Translations under genes and position numbers: made by a program
Shown here: piece by piece, positions 11,005 through 21,009 of the stretch
Position numbering within the stretch: position 1 is the stretch's first letter
How the letters are laid out: every line of letters starts with the position of its first letter
Notes under the pieces: generated by a model
Seen by the model: only the letters and a program-made list of their open reading frames with translations
The model's database searches: none
What the model was told of the DNA's origin: nothing
Assembly (NCBI GenBank): GCA_965226885.1
Contig: CBDDEL010000014.1
Span: 570,248-634,247 of the forward strand
Direction of reading: 5' to 3'
Length of the DNA: 64,000 nt
Source of the DNA: Opitutales bacterium
Lineage (GTDB): Bacteria; Verrucomicrobiota; Verrucomicrobiia; Opitutales; UBA2987

Positions 11005-12844
11005 AGGCTGTCCCAAAAATATAAAGATTTTATAGTCAACTGGATGACGTTGATAAAAAGAGCCGGAAAGAGCAAGTTTTTGCTCGATCCGGCCAAAAAA
11101 GGGTTCTATAATTGAGTTAGCGAAAATCAATATAGCCCTTTCTATGATAGCCCTTTCTATGAAAAACTATGAAAAATATAGCCATCCAATGCCTCCTGCG
11201 TCCAGCTTTAACTGTGGTCGACCGGTGCCTCGATTACGATAACTTCCGCGCCACCATTGATCGAATCGATCGGCTGCTGATCGACTCGGAGGTGGAATCG
11301 CAGGCCATTGAGCTGGCCTTGGAGGGGTGGCCGCCAATGGGTCTAAAGGCCCGGCGGCAGCGGGCCAGTTTTGCCATCAAGGCACTGCGCATGGATACGC
11401 TGGGCCGTCTGCTCGGAGGGATTTCGTTTCGGCATTTGTCGCGGGCTCTGGGCAGCAGCGATCTGTTGGCCGACTTTTGCCGTGTCCGGCAGATCGATGG
11501 CATCAGGGGCATCTCCAAAAGCACCCTGGAGCGGGCCTCGAAGTTTTTCAGCGAAGAGCAGTTGAGGGCCTTGCACCGGACCTTGACTGAGGTGGTGGGC
11601 GATGCCCTTCTGGCCCGGCAGGTGGGATTGGACAAGCCGATTGACACCACCATTTGCCTGATCGACGGCACCTGTTTGGAGGCTAACATTCATTGGCCGA
11701 CGGACTGGGTATTACTCAAGGATGTAGCCGGCACGTTGCTCAAAGCGATCCGGCTGATCCGCGAGAAGGCCGGTTTGCGCCATCGCATGCCGATCGAACC
11801 GGAGCCCTTGGCTCGGCAGATGAATCGGCTGTGCATACAGATGACCCACAGCCGGCGGCGAAAGGACAGCGCGCGGCAGCGCAAGGGTATCTTGAGGCAG
11901 ATGAAAAAGCTGCTCAAACGGCTCGGGGAGCATGCCCGCAGTCACCGGGAATTATTGCAAGCCTGCTGGGAGCAAAGCGATTACAGCGAAAAACAGGTCC
12001 AACAGATCCTCGCCCGGATGGAGCGCATGAGCGAGCAAATCCCGGTGGTCATCAAACAGGCGCACGAGCGGATCATTGGCGGCCGCCAGGTGAAAAACGC
12101 AGAGAAAGTCTTGAGTGTTTACGAACTCGATGGGCAGGTGATTGTGCGAGGTAAAGCGGGCCAAGAGGTCGAGTTCGGCAACACCCTGTTTTTGGGAGAA
12201 AGCGTTGAAGGGTACCTGCTGGACTGGAAACTCTACGGCAGCCGAACTCCAAGCGAAAATGAACAAATGCAAGAGAGTTTGCAAAGACAGAACCGCTTCA
12301 ACCTGGAAGAACCCATAGCGGCCATGTGCGCGGACCGGGGATTTGCCTCCCAGCGGGCCCGCCGGCAGTTAGCCCAGGAGGGAATCTACGACGCGCTCTG
12401 TCCACGCGATCCGAAGCAGTTGAAAAAACGGATGGAGGAACCACTGTTCAGACAATTGCAAAAGCGCCGGGCCAGCACCGAAGGGCGGATCGGGGTATTG
12501 AAGAATCGCTGGCAGGCCGGGCGGTTGCGCAGCAAAGGCTTTGCCAACCGCTCGATCAGCGTAGCCTGGTCGGTACTCTCGCACAACCTATGGAAAGTAG
12601 CCAAGATGCTGGCCCAGCAAGACGAACTAAAAACCAAAGCGGCGGCCTAGAGAGCGGAAAAGCAAGGACAATACTTTTTCACAGCCTTACTGTCGGCTCA
12701 TACAAAGAAAACCAGGCAACCGGACCCCAAAACCAGTATCCTAACGTCATAGGAGAGCAAAGTTGATACTCTCCCAAATGCAAATACCTCTAAAATGAGC
12801 GCCTATCAAAAGCCCTCGCAAAAATCACCCTTTTGGGACAGCCT
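11005..12844 (+). mobile_element. IS5-like element
   Basis: Terminal IRs AGGCTGTCCCAAAA / TTTTGGGACAGCCT; flanking direct repeat CTAACCTAG (boundary ambiguous by 1-2 bp). Confidence 0.85.
11169..12650 (+). CDS. DDE transposase, IS5-like
   Basis: DGT..EANIHWPTD, RGKAG..VEFG, ADRGF and R...EGRIG.LK motifs. Confidence 0.85.
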   Translation: MKNIAIQCLLRPALTVVDRCLDYDNFRATIDRIDRLLIDSEVESQAIELALEGWPPMGLKARRQRASFAIKALRMDTLGRLLGGISFRHLSRALGSSDLLADFCRVRQIDGIRGISKSTLERASKFFSEEQLRALHRTLTEVVGDALLARQVGLDKPIDTTICLIDGTCLEANIHWPTDWVLLKDVAGTLLKAIRLIREKAGLRHRMPIEPEPLARQMNRLCIQMTHSRRRKDSARQRKGILRQMKKLLKRLGEHARSHRELLQACWEQSDYSEKQVQQILARMERMSEQIPVVIKQAHERIIGGRQVKNAEKVLSVYELDGQVIVRGKAGQEVEFGNTLFLGESVEGYLLDWKLYGSRTPSENEQMQESLQRQNRFNLEEPIAAMCADRGFASQRARRQLAQEGIYDALCPRDPKQLKKRMEEPLFRQLQKRRASTEGRIGVLKNRWQAGRLRSKGFANRSISVAWSVLSHNLWKVAKMLAQQDELKTKAAA

Positions 12845-12889
12845 CTAACCTAGAAAGGTTCCAGCGATGTTGCTGCGGATCAAGGAAGT

Positions 12890-12949
12890 GCATAACAAAG
12901 CCTTGCACAAGACGCTCGTCCCATGCGCCGGTGAAGGCAAACGTTATCA
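12890..12949 (+). other. Integron attC-like recombination site
   Basis: ATAAC...GTTAT ends; GCCTT(G)CAC / GTGAAGGC stem with an extrahelical G; about 60 bp. Confidence 0.6.
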
Positions 12950-13079
12950 TCACTCGACGACCTTACGCATTGACATTATAAAATGCCAAACCCCATTGCG
13001 AACTCATCATTTTCCGGGCAATCCTGGATAAAAATGTCCTCATTTCCTTGGAATCAACAACTTTTGGGGCTATCTTGAA

Positions 13080-14936
13080 CTACCAGCGATAATTCGCGCT
13101 GAAGGAAATCTGACGCGGGCTGCCGGGAACAGCCGGTATTTCTTCGTAATCGCTATCGAAAAGGTTGTCTATGGAACCGATGACCTCAATTCCCTGAAAA
13201 AATGGAACTTTCCAGGAAATACTTAGATAGGAAATTACGGCCTTGCCTGAACTTCGTCGCAGGGAGTTGGGTTCTTGTATGCGAATTTCGTTGTCCGATC
13301 GAATTTCCCAATTGGTTAAAGGGCGCCAAACAGCGGCCATGGTAAAACGATGACGGGGAAAATTTAGTGCGTAGAAGCTGGCATCGACTGTGGCAGAGCC
13401 ATAATCCTCAGCTTTTCGCAGGAAAGTGTATCCCAAATTGAAGTCCACTTTCAGCCATCTTCGGGCATAATTCAATTCGAGCCCGAAGGTGTCAATGTCA
13501 ACGTTATTAGCAGTTCTGGCAAATGAGTTTTCAAATGTAAAGGTCCAGTCGAGCAGGTCATTTTCGAGGCGGTACCAAACGGCAAAATGCCCGGACCATG
13601 TCTCTCGTTTAATATCGAAGCCAGCTTCTAAATTGGAACTGTTTTCTCGTGAGAGGCGCTGATTGCCCCGGAACAGGCCGCCATTGGGATTAGAGGCTAT
13701 GGCAGTGTAACCGGCGACCTGACTGCTTTCTGAGTATTCGATATAAAAACGCTCTTGAGATTGTTTATTTTTGCGATTTATCAAATCCAGCCCAAGCAGT
13801 GGGGAACCGGTCGAACCGTCCCTATTGGTATAGTCGAGTGTTGCTCCCGCTTTGATGATCAATTCCCGGTTTTGGGCAAGATTGATTCGCTTTTCCGGGA
13901 TTACTGCTATTTTGGCATAACTACGGGACTGAAAATTCCCGAATACCAGTGCCGTGGAATCAATTTCGTCGGCGGTGAATTGACCGCTGTAGTTTACATA
14001 AAATTGAGAAGCAGAAAAGGTATGCCGTCCTTCAAAACCAGCTGACAAGACCGTTGTCTCATGAAAGCCTTGAAATATTTCCGGTTGGAATCGATCGAAG
14101 GTATAGTGGTCCTTATGCCGCCTGTAGTAGCCGGTTATTTCAATAAAATCGCCCGATCCATAAATCCTGCGGTGGTTGAGCAAGAGCAGGCTTGTCTGCA
14201 GTTCTTCCCTTTCGTTACGGCCAAACGGAGTATACATATTGGGCCATCCAAAGTTTTTTGATTGATAACCGGCCAGGAAATCCGTCTGCGTATTCAGCGC
14301 TTGGATTTGCATCCTGCCAACGTAACGATTGAATTCGTGATCGCCATAAGGCAAAACGCCGTCGCTTTCTGAACGCGCCATATCGAAATCGAACCCAAAC
14401 TTTCGCTCAGAATTACCTGGATGGTTAGCGATGGCCCCATAAATACCCTGCCGATTGAGGCCACCTTCACCGACACCAAAGTTAAGCGCTCCATGAAATC
14501 CCTCCGCAATTGGAGTCAGGCCGTATCGAAGGGTTCCCACCGTGGAATTGAAACCAGCCAGGGAGTTTTGGAGGCCAGTTATGATCTCCGGTTGGCTCGT
14601 CATGGCCGGACTGATGGGAATCTCCGCGGAGTAGTGGCCGGTCTGGGGATCGAATAAAGTGGAAGCGCCCACCTTAAAAGAGGTGTTCTCGAATATACCA
14701 CCCCGCAGAGAGACATCGCCCTGCGCTTCGGCAAGGTTTCTGCTTTGCAAATCGACTTTCGGTTGGAATCGCAAATTTGAAACCAATTGCGGATAAGTTC
14801 CAGCCGGCTCGAAGTTAGCCACACGTCTTTCCAGCACTGAAAACTCCGGGAGATTTTGAAATTGCAAGTCAGTTGGCTCAGTATCTGCCAGCAATATCGA
14901 AGGAAGCATGCCGATTGCCATGAAGAGTTTTTTCAT
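13080..14936 (-). CDS. TonB-dependent outer-membrane receptor
   Basis: Signal peptide, plug-like SLRGG motif, IDNLFD..Y and C-terminal aromatic YRW. Confidence 0.85.
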   Translation of the reverse strand: MKKLFMAIGMLPSILLADTEPTDLQFQNLPEFSVLERRVANFEPAGTYPQLVSNLRFQPKVDLQSRNLAEAQGDVSLRGGIFENTSFKVGASTLFDPQTGHYSAEIPISPAMTSQPEIITGLQNSLAGFNSTVGTLRYGLTPIAEGFHGALNFGVGEGGLNRQGIYGAIANHPGNSERKFGFDFDMARSESDGVLPYGDHEFNRYVGRMQIQALNTQTDFLAGYQSKNFGWPNMYTPFGRNEREELQTSLLLLNHRRIYGSGDFIEITGYYRRHKDHYTFDRFQPEIFQGFHETTVLSAGFEGRHTFSASQFYVNYSGQFTADEIDSTALVFGNFQSRSYAKIAVIPEKRINLAQNRELIIKAGATLDYTNRDGSTGSPLLGLDLINRKNKQSQERFYIEYSESSQVAGYTAIASNPNGGLFRGNQRLSRENSSNLEAGFDIKRETWSGHFAVWYRLENDLLDWTFTFENSFARTANNVDIDTFGLELNYARRWLKVDFNLGYTFLRKAEDYGSATVDASFYALNFPRHRFTMAAVWRPLTNWEIRSDNEIRIQEPNSLRRSSGKAVISYLSISWKVPFFQGIEVIGSIDNLFDSDYEEIPAVPGSPRQISFSANYRW

Positions 14937-15400
14937 AGCCCCTACCCAATGGCTAGGAGCAACATTGAGTCAATTGTTAACTAAAAATATATTTTACTTA
15001 ACAATCTTTAAATCTAAGCGATCGCCCGTCATCATTCCCATCCTTTACCTGTCCAGCATATCGCTTTCGCAATGGAGGTGCAATTGCAATGAGGTGCAAT
15101 TGCAATCGTAGTTTATTGAGACTTTTCAGATAGATTTCAGAGAATTTTTTAACACCAGGAACAGACCAAATTGACTTTAGACAGTGGCATGATGGTGCGG
15201 TAATTCATGGATTTGATCGAGGTAGTCGTGAGATTATTCGCCATCCCGGGCAAGAGCAGGTAGATTGCCGTTGACCCAGAGCGTTAACCCCACAAAATAC
15301 TGGGATTCAACAGGATTTAGCCGTTAATCCAGATGAGACTACTTACACCTTTTAGGATATAACGCTTTAAGTTATTGATGGTCAGTAAATAATCCAGCCG

Positions 15401-16360
15401 ATGAGCCTCATCAACGAAGCCCTCAAAAAAGCTCAGAAGGCGCACTCTGAAGGCATGGCGCCACCCCCTCCGATGGGACAAAGCCATGCCCCATCCCATT
15501 CCATGGGGAAAGGGCAATTGGTGAAAATCTTTTTTGTAGCGGTTATCGTTCTCGGGATTTTCGGCAGCGCGGTGGCTTTTTTGGTCTTGGGTCTGATCGG
15601 CGATAAAGAGCAAGAGCCTGCCGGCGCCCAAGCCTCCATCGCTTCCGCGTCCGCCGTTGCGCCCCCTGCGCCGGACCGGCCTGCGTCAACTCAGGACGTT
15701 ATCCCCGTCAACGTACCAAAACCGGCACAACCCCTGCCTGTGCCTAAAACAAAATCAGCGCCGACCCCCCTCAATACAATAGCGCAATCTGCGCCTCCAC
15801 CGCCCAAAGCCCCCGAGCCTGTGCCCGTACAACCCCAGCCAAAGGAAATTCCAAAAGCCCGGTTAAAGGGATTCGCGCTTGTCAGGCAAACCGTGGCCAA
15901 GGGTAGTGCCAATGCTGACATCGTCGACAGCGTGGTTGAAAGCGCAGCCAAAGCGCCTCCGCCCGTCGCGCCCAAACCGGCTCCGGCCGCCGCCGTTCCG
16001 CAGACTCCCCCAGCCCCGGCCCAGATTTCCCCTACCCCGATACCTCAACCGACTATCGTCACCCCCAGGCCGGTTGCGCAAACCCAGCCCCGGCCTCCGC
16101 CGGTTGCCAGGCCGCAGCCATCCGCCCCCCCGGCAGCTCCCGCCCAAAATCCAGTCGTTCTGGAATTCATCGAAAAAATGGTGATTCAAGGAGTTCGACT
16201 TTCGGGAACCGGAACCAACAGCAAGGTTCTTATGGACAACAAGGTTTATAGGCTTAATTCTTTTGTAAACCATGACTTGAAATTAAGAATAATTTCGGTT
16301 AACAAAGAACGAATAATTTTTGTTGATTATGCCGGAGTCCAATACGCCAAATTCTACTGA
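15401..16360 (+). CDS. GspB/ExeB-like Pro-rich single-pass membrane protein
   Basis: N-terminal MSLINEALKKAQ, one TM helix, Pro/Ala linker, small C-terminal beta domain. Confidence 0.6.
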   Translation: MSLINEALKKAQKAHSEGMAPPPPMGQSHAPSHSMGKGQLVKIFFVAVIVLGIFGSAVAFLVLGLIGDKEQEPAGAQASIASASAVAPPAPDRPASTQDVIPVNVPKPAQPLPVPKTKSAPTPLNTIAQSAPPPPKAPEPVPVQPQPKEIPKARLKGFALVRQTVAKGSANADIVDSVVESAAKAPPPVAPKPAPAAAVPQTPPAPAQISPTPIPQPTIVTPRPVAQTQPRPPPVARPQPSAPPAAPAQNPVVLEFIEKMVIQGVRLSGTGTNSKVLMDNKVYRLNSFVNHDLKLRIISVNKERIIFVDYAGVQYAKFY

Positions 16361-17822
16361 TGGTCCTGGAGACGAGGGATCTCAAAATCCCCAAAGCCCT
16401 CCCAAGCTTCGATTTTCCCTCCGAAAACCGGCTAAAGCCTCTGGGGATCAGGTTCCTGAGGAAAAACCCCCTCCTCCTGCAGAACCGGAAAAAGCGGAAG
16501 AGCCGAAACAGGAAACTCCGGCATCGGAATCCGTAGGCGGTGGAAAGCTGAAACTTTCATTGGGCCCCAAAAAAGTAGAGCCGGAGCCACCCAAGGAGAA
16601 AGAAGAAAAAAGCGAAGAAGAGGCTCTGGCCGCCGATCCATTCGATATTAAACCAAAACCCGTCGAGGGCGGCCCTTCGATTAAACTGGGAATCAAACCC
16701 AAAGCGCCAGCCGCTGAGGAAAAACCACCACCGGCCGCAACAACACCGGCCACGCCACCACCGGCCAGAAAGAAAAAGAAATCCGGTATTACCATCAGAG
16801 GGCGCTCAACACAGCCTTTTGCAGAGAAAGACTCGCCAGGGATCGAAATAAATGAACCCTCGGCCCCGGTTGCGGATGATCCGGTTACCGAAAGTGAATC
16901 TTCTCCGCCAGTTGTAGAGGCTCCTCCGCCAGCAAGCAAAGCGCCACCACCACCCGGAAAAAAGAAACCGGTCCCGGCACCGCCTCCACCTGGAAAAAAG
17001 AAAGCCGTCCCGGCCCCTCCCCCCAAAGGCAAAGTAAAACTTTCCAAACCACCTGAACCAGAGGGGAAAAAAGAAAAGGCTCCCCCGTCGCCATCGGGTA
17101 AAAAGGTAAAAGCAGAGGCCAAAGCCAAACCAAAAAAGGCTCCCAAGAAGCCGGGAGCCGCCAAGGCGTCACCGAAAAAAATGATTCTCGCCGTGCTTTT
17201 CATGGGCGGAATTTTTGTGGCCGCTGGTTATTTTGCCATTTCCGCCTTTATCGGAACTCCCGCCGAGCCGCCCCCCAGACCAGTTGCCGTCGCCCCTGCA
17301 GCCGGCACCCCAACATCTCCAACCCCACCACCACAACCTCAGCCAGAGACACAACAATCGCAGGCCGAGATCAAGGCAGAGGCCGGAGCCGAGGCATCCG
17401 AAACGGAGATGGTCGAATTCTCTCTGCCCATGCCACAACCGTCCATAGTGGAGGAAGCAGATATTGCTGAGGCTGCATCAAAAGCTCCCATATTTCAATT
17501 TGCTGTCCAGGAAACGGCAGAAGATTCTGAACCGCTGGTGATGGAAACCGAATCAGAAACAGAATCCGTATCCGAACCGGAGATTTATCAGCCTCCCCCG
17601 CCGGAACAGGACCCGAACGTCATCGCGCTAGTGGAAAGCCTGGTTTTCAAAGGCGCCAGAGGGGACGGCAGCACAGCCAGAATAATGGTCGGCAATTACT
17701 TATACAACGTGGGAGATATTGTCGATGAAGACCTTGGCGTGCGCTTTACGGGCATTAACAATTCCAATCGCCAAATCATCTTTACGGACAGTGAAGGGGC
17801 CACCTATTACAAACCATTTTAA
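16329..17822 (+). CDS. Pro/Lys/Glu-rich membrane protein with a C-terminal domain paralogous to the upstream gene
   Basis: Long low-complexity N-terminus, one TM helix, C-terminus QDPNV...IIFTDSEGATYYKPF aligns with QNPVV...IIFVDYAGVQYAKFY. Confidence 0.65.
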   Translation: MPESNTPNSTDGPGDEGSQNPQSPPKLRFSLRKPAKASGDQVPEEKPPPPAEPEKAEEPKQETPASESVGGGKLKLSLGPKKVEPEPPKEKEEKSEEEALAADPFDIKPKPVEGGPSIKLGIKPKAPAAEEKPPPAATTPATPPPARKKKKSGITIRGRSTQPFAEKDSPGIEINEPSAPVADDPVTESESSPPVVEAPPPASKAPPPPGKKKPVPAPPPPGKKKAVPAPPPKGKVKLSKPPEPEGKKEKAPPSPSGKKVKAEAKAKPKKAPKKPGAAKASPKKMILAVLFMGGIFVAAGYFAISAFIGTPAEPPPRPVAVAPAAGTPTSPTPPPQPQPETQQSQAEIKAEAGAEASETEMVEFSLPMPQPSIVEEADIAEAASKAPIFQFAVQETAEDSEPLVMETESETESVSEPEIYQPPPPEQDPNVIALVESLVFKGARGDGSTARIMVGNYLYNVGDIVDEDLGVRFTGINNSNRQIIFTDSEGATYYKPF

Positions 17823-17890
17823 ACAGTATTCACCGTTTAGTTTGTAACATTCCTCCTATCCTGGCAGGAATTTTTATAAAATCCCTGAAA

Positions 17891-19792
17891 TCAATCATCC
17901 AAAGAGGGGACGTACTCCGGGACATAGTTTTTCAGCATTTCCTTGCACTGGTTGATGTTTGCGCATTTTCCATTATCAAGATTTTGCTGAACCTGATCGA
18001 AGTTTCGCCGCATGGACTCGATTGACTCAGGATCGCTTAAATAGCGCAAAATTCGCTCATGCCGCGTTTCCGCCAGTGTCTCCTCATCCCGGTGGATTTC
18101 CTCAAAGAGCTTTTCTCCGGGACGCAAACCGATGATTTTTATCTCAATGTCGGCTTCGGGACGAAAACCGCTTAATTCGATCATTTGTTTGGCCAATTCC
18201 AAAATTTTGATCGGTTCTCCCATATCGAGAACGAAAATCTCTCCGCCAGTTCCCTGTGTCGCGCTTTGCAAAACCAGCCCAACGGCCTCCGGAATTGTCA
18301 TGAAATAACGCTCAACATCAGGATGTGTAACGGTAACTGGTCCACCACGGCTTATCTGCCTGCGGAAAATGGGAACCACGCTTCCGGAGGAACCGAGCAC
18401 GTTGCCAAAACGCACCGCCATGAAGTTCGTCCGATTATCGGGAACATAATTAAGAGCCTGGATGTATTTTTCCGCCAAACGTTTGCTGGCGCCCATCACA
18501 TTGGTAGGATTTATCGCCTTGTCCGTGGATATGAAAACAAATTTTTCGACCCCGAATTCCATCGAAATATCGGCCATCAGTTTTGTCCCCAAAACATTGT
18601 TTCTCAGAGCCTCCGCGGGCTGGCGCTCCATCAGGCTGACATGCTTGTGCGCAGCTGCATGAAAAACAATTTGCGGGCGATGTTCCCGTATGATTTCCCG
18701 TATGTTATTTCTATCCTGAATATCCGCTACGAGCGGCTGCAAAATAGGTTCATGTCCTTCCTCCATCAGGTTTTGTTCGGCCTGGAAAAGCTGGATTTCG
18801 GCCCGATCAAGTATCAGTAGCCTTTCGGGACCATAAAAAGCCACTTGCCTACTTAGTTCGAAGCCAATACTTCCCCCAGCCCCGGTAACCAATACCCTTC
18901 GATTTGAAATCATTTCCCGTATGTTATCCGACTCAAGCTGTATGATCTCCCTGCCGAGCAAATCTTCTATTTCCACGGGACGCACCCGGCTGGCTCTTAT
19001 CCGCCCTGTCGTTAATTCAGCCAATGACGGAACAATTTCCGCTTTTAGGCCGATCTTGGCGGCCAAATCCACGATCTCGCGGATGCGCCGAGCAGGCGCA
19101 GAAGGCATGGCGATTATGATCTCTTCGATGCCGAATGTTTGGCAAATGGCTTCCATCTTGTCGGGTTTGTCCACCACCTTGATGCCGTGAATATGTTTTC
19201 CCCATTTTTTGCGGTTGTCATCCAGAAAAATTATTGGACGCATGCCCAAACCCCGGTTAGCCAGCATATCCGCAGCCGTTGCCGCGCCAACATCACCGGC
19301 GCCCACGATGGCAATCCGGCGCTGTTTTTTTGGGGTTTCTCCATTCCCCGTAAAATACCTTTCCCTGGCTACTCTTAAAGTAATTCGAAACCCTCCGATT
19401 AGAATCAGGGAAAAGATAAAATCTCCCAGGATAACGCCCCGTGGCGGAATAGGATTCCCCCCCATTACGAACCAGGTAATGGTCAATATAAAACTGGCCA
19501 AGGATAAAGCAAAGAAGACACGGTAAAAATCCGGGAGACGAAAATAACTTAGCAACCCTCCAAACTGTCCAAAAAGCAGAAGTAAAAACAGTTTGAGAGG
19601 CACAATCCATAAAATATTTTCAATTCGCAGTTCTTTCCATTCACCTGGTACGACAAAATCGAACCTTAATTCATAAGCCAGAAATAGGCTGGCCGCCAAA
19701 GCGCCGGAATAAGCCAAAAAAAGGAAAGGCGTTCGCGATGGCAGCAAATACCGATAGAGCCCGGAAAATAGCAATATTTTATTGGACATCAA
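17891..19792 (-). CDS. pglF: Membrane-bound UDP-GlcNAc 4,6-dehydratase (PglF/CapD family)
   Basis: N-terminal TMs; TGAGGSIG, HAAAHKHV, STDKA, RFGNVLGS.GSV. Confidence 0.9.
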   Translation of the reverse strand: MMSNKILLFSGLYRYLLPSRTPFLFLAYSGALAASLFLAYELRFDFVVPGEWKELRIENILWIVPLKLFLLLLFGQFGGLLSYFRLPDFYRVFFALSLASFILTITWFVMGGNPIPPRGVILGDFIFSLILIGGFRITLRVARERYFTGNGETPKKQRRIAIVGAGDVGAATAADMLANRGLGMRPIIFLDDNRKKWGKHIHGIKVVDKPDKMEAICQTFGIEEIIIAMPSAPARRIREIVDLAAKIGLKAEIVPSLAELTTGRIRASRVRPVEIEDLLGREIIQLESDNIREMISNRRVLVTGAGGSIGFELSRQVAFYGPERLLILDRAEIQLFQAEQNLMEEGHEPILQPLVADIQDRNNIREIIREHRPQIVFHAAAHKHVSLMERQPAEALRNNVLGTKLMADISMEFGVEKFVFISTDKAINPTNVMGASKRLAEKYIQALNYVPDNRTNFMAVRFGNVLGSSGSVVPIFRRQISRGGPVTVTHPDVERYFMTIPEAVGLVLQSATQGTGGEIFVLDMGEPIKILELAKQMIELSGFRPEADIEIKIIGLRPGEKLFEEIHRDEETLAETRHERILRYLSDPESIESMRRNFDQVQQNLDNGKCANINQCKEMLKNYVPEYVPSLDD

Positions 19793-19836
19793 TTATTCTA
19801 TTCGAAAAACTTACTCTTGCCTCATCTGTCGGCAAA

Positions 19837-20973
19837 TCAATAGCAACTTCTTATGACAGCAACCACGCGTTTCAGTTGTTCAAGGGTTAAGGCAGAACCC
19901 GATGGAAGGCAAAGGCCGGTGTGAAACAACTTTTCCGCAACTTCTCCTCCAACTTTTTCGCAATTGGAATAAAGCGGCTGCAAATGTAGAGGCTTCCATA
20001 CAGGTCGGCATTCTATGTTCTCCTCCTCCAGGTGCAATCGAATTTTATTTGGCGATATCCCAGATAATTCTTCATTAACCGTAATGCAGGATAACCACCG
20101 GGTGCCCTTGCCATATTCTGCTTCAGGCATAAAATCAATTCCCGGCAAATCGCATAACGCCGCTTGATAATAATCAAATACTTTTCTCCGGGCCGAAATA
20201 AAATCAGCCAGTTTCACCAATTGCCCCCGCCCAATTGCAGCCAGAACATTGCTCATACGGTAGTTATAACCTTGTTCGGAATGTTGGTAATGGACAGCCG
20301 GATCACGCGCTTGTGTCGACAAAAAAAGCGCCTTATCAGCCACGGCCTTATCTTTGCAAATGATCATGCCGCCGCTGCTGGTCGTCATAATTTTGTTACC
20401 GTTAAACGAGAATACTCCAAACGGCGAGGAAACACCGGCGCTGCGTTCTTTATAGGTTGCCCCAAGAGCTTCCGCGGCATCTTCGATAACGATCAGATCA
20501 TAACGAGCGCAAATTTCTTGGATAGAATCGAGATCCGCGCACTGACCGTAAAGATGGACCACATTTACCGCTTTTGGCAGCCGATTGGATGCGGCTCGCC
20601 GGCCAAGCCAATCCTCTAATAAGTTTGGGTCCATATTCCAGGATTGAAAGTCACTGTCTATAAATATCGGTTTGGCGCCAATATAGCGAATCGGATTTGC
20701 GGAGGCTACAAACGTTAATGTGGAACACAAAACCTCATCCTCTGCCCGAACTCCGGCTAATACGAGGGCGAGGTGCAAAGCGGATGTTCCGGAGTTCAGG
20801 GCAACGGCGTGGTCTGCGCCGGTACATTGGCAAAACTCCTGTTCAAAGGCTTTCAACTGCGGTCCCGCTGGCGCTATCCAGTTCGATTCAAAAGCATCTT
20901 TCACCATTAGCCACTCTTCCATCCCTATATCTGGAGGTGAAAGATAAATGCGTTCTTTATTCAGATTTGTCAT
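19837..20973 (-). CDS. pglE: DegT/DnrJ-family sugar aminotransferase (PglE-like)
   Basis: IYLSPP, WIAP.G, EDAAEALG, SFNGNKI.TTS.GG. Confidence 0.88.
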   Translation of the reverse strand: MTNLNKERIYLSPPDIGMEEWLMVKDAFESNWIAPAGPQLKAFEQEFCQCTGADHAVALNSGTSALHLALVLAGVRAEDEVLCSTLTFVASANPIRYIGAKPIFIDSDFQSWNMDPNLLEDWLGRRAASNRLPKAVNVVHLYGQCADLDSIQEICARYDLIVIEDAAEALGATYKERSAGVSSPFGVFSFNGNKIMTTSSGGMIICKDKAVADKALFLSTQARDPAVHYQHSEQGYNYRMSNVLAAIGRGQLVKLADFISARRKVFDYYQAALCDLPGIDFMPEAEYGKGTRWLSCITVNEELSGISPNKIRLHLEEENIECRPVWKPLHLQPLYSNCEKVGGEVAEKLFHTGLCLPSGSALTLEQLKRVVAVIRSCY

Positions 20974-21009
20974 TCTCCATTAGAAAAGTTTCCACAAATT
21001 CAGGGATCC

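Noticed and set aside
16940..17030. Repeated PPPPGKKK-coding units
   Set aside because: Ordinary low-complexity protein repeats with synonymous divergence
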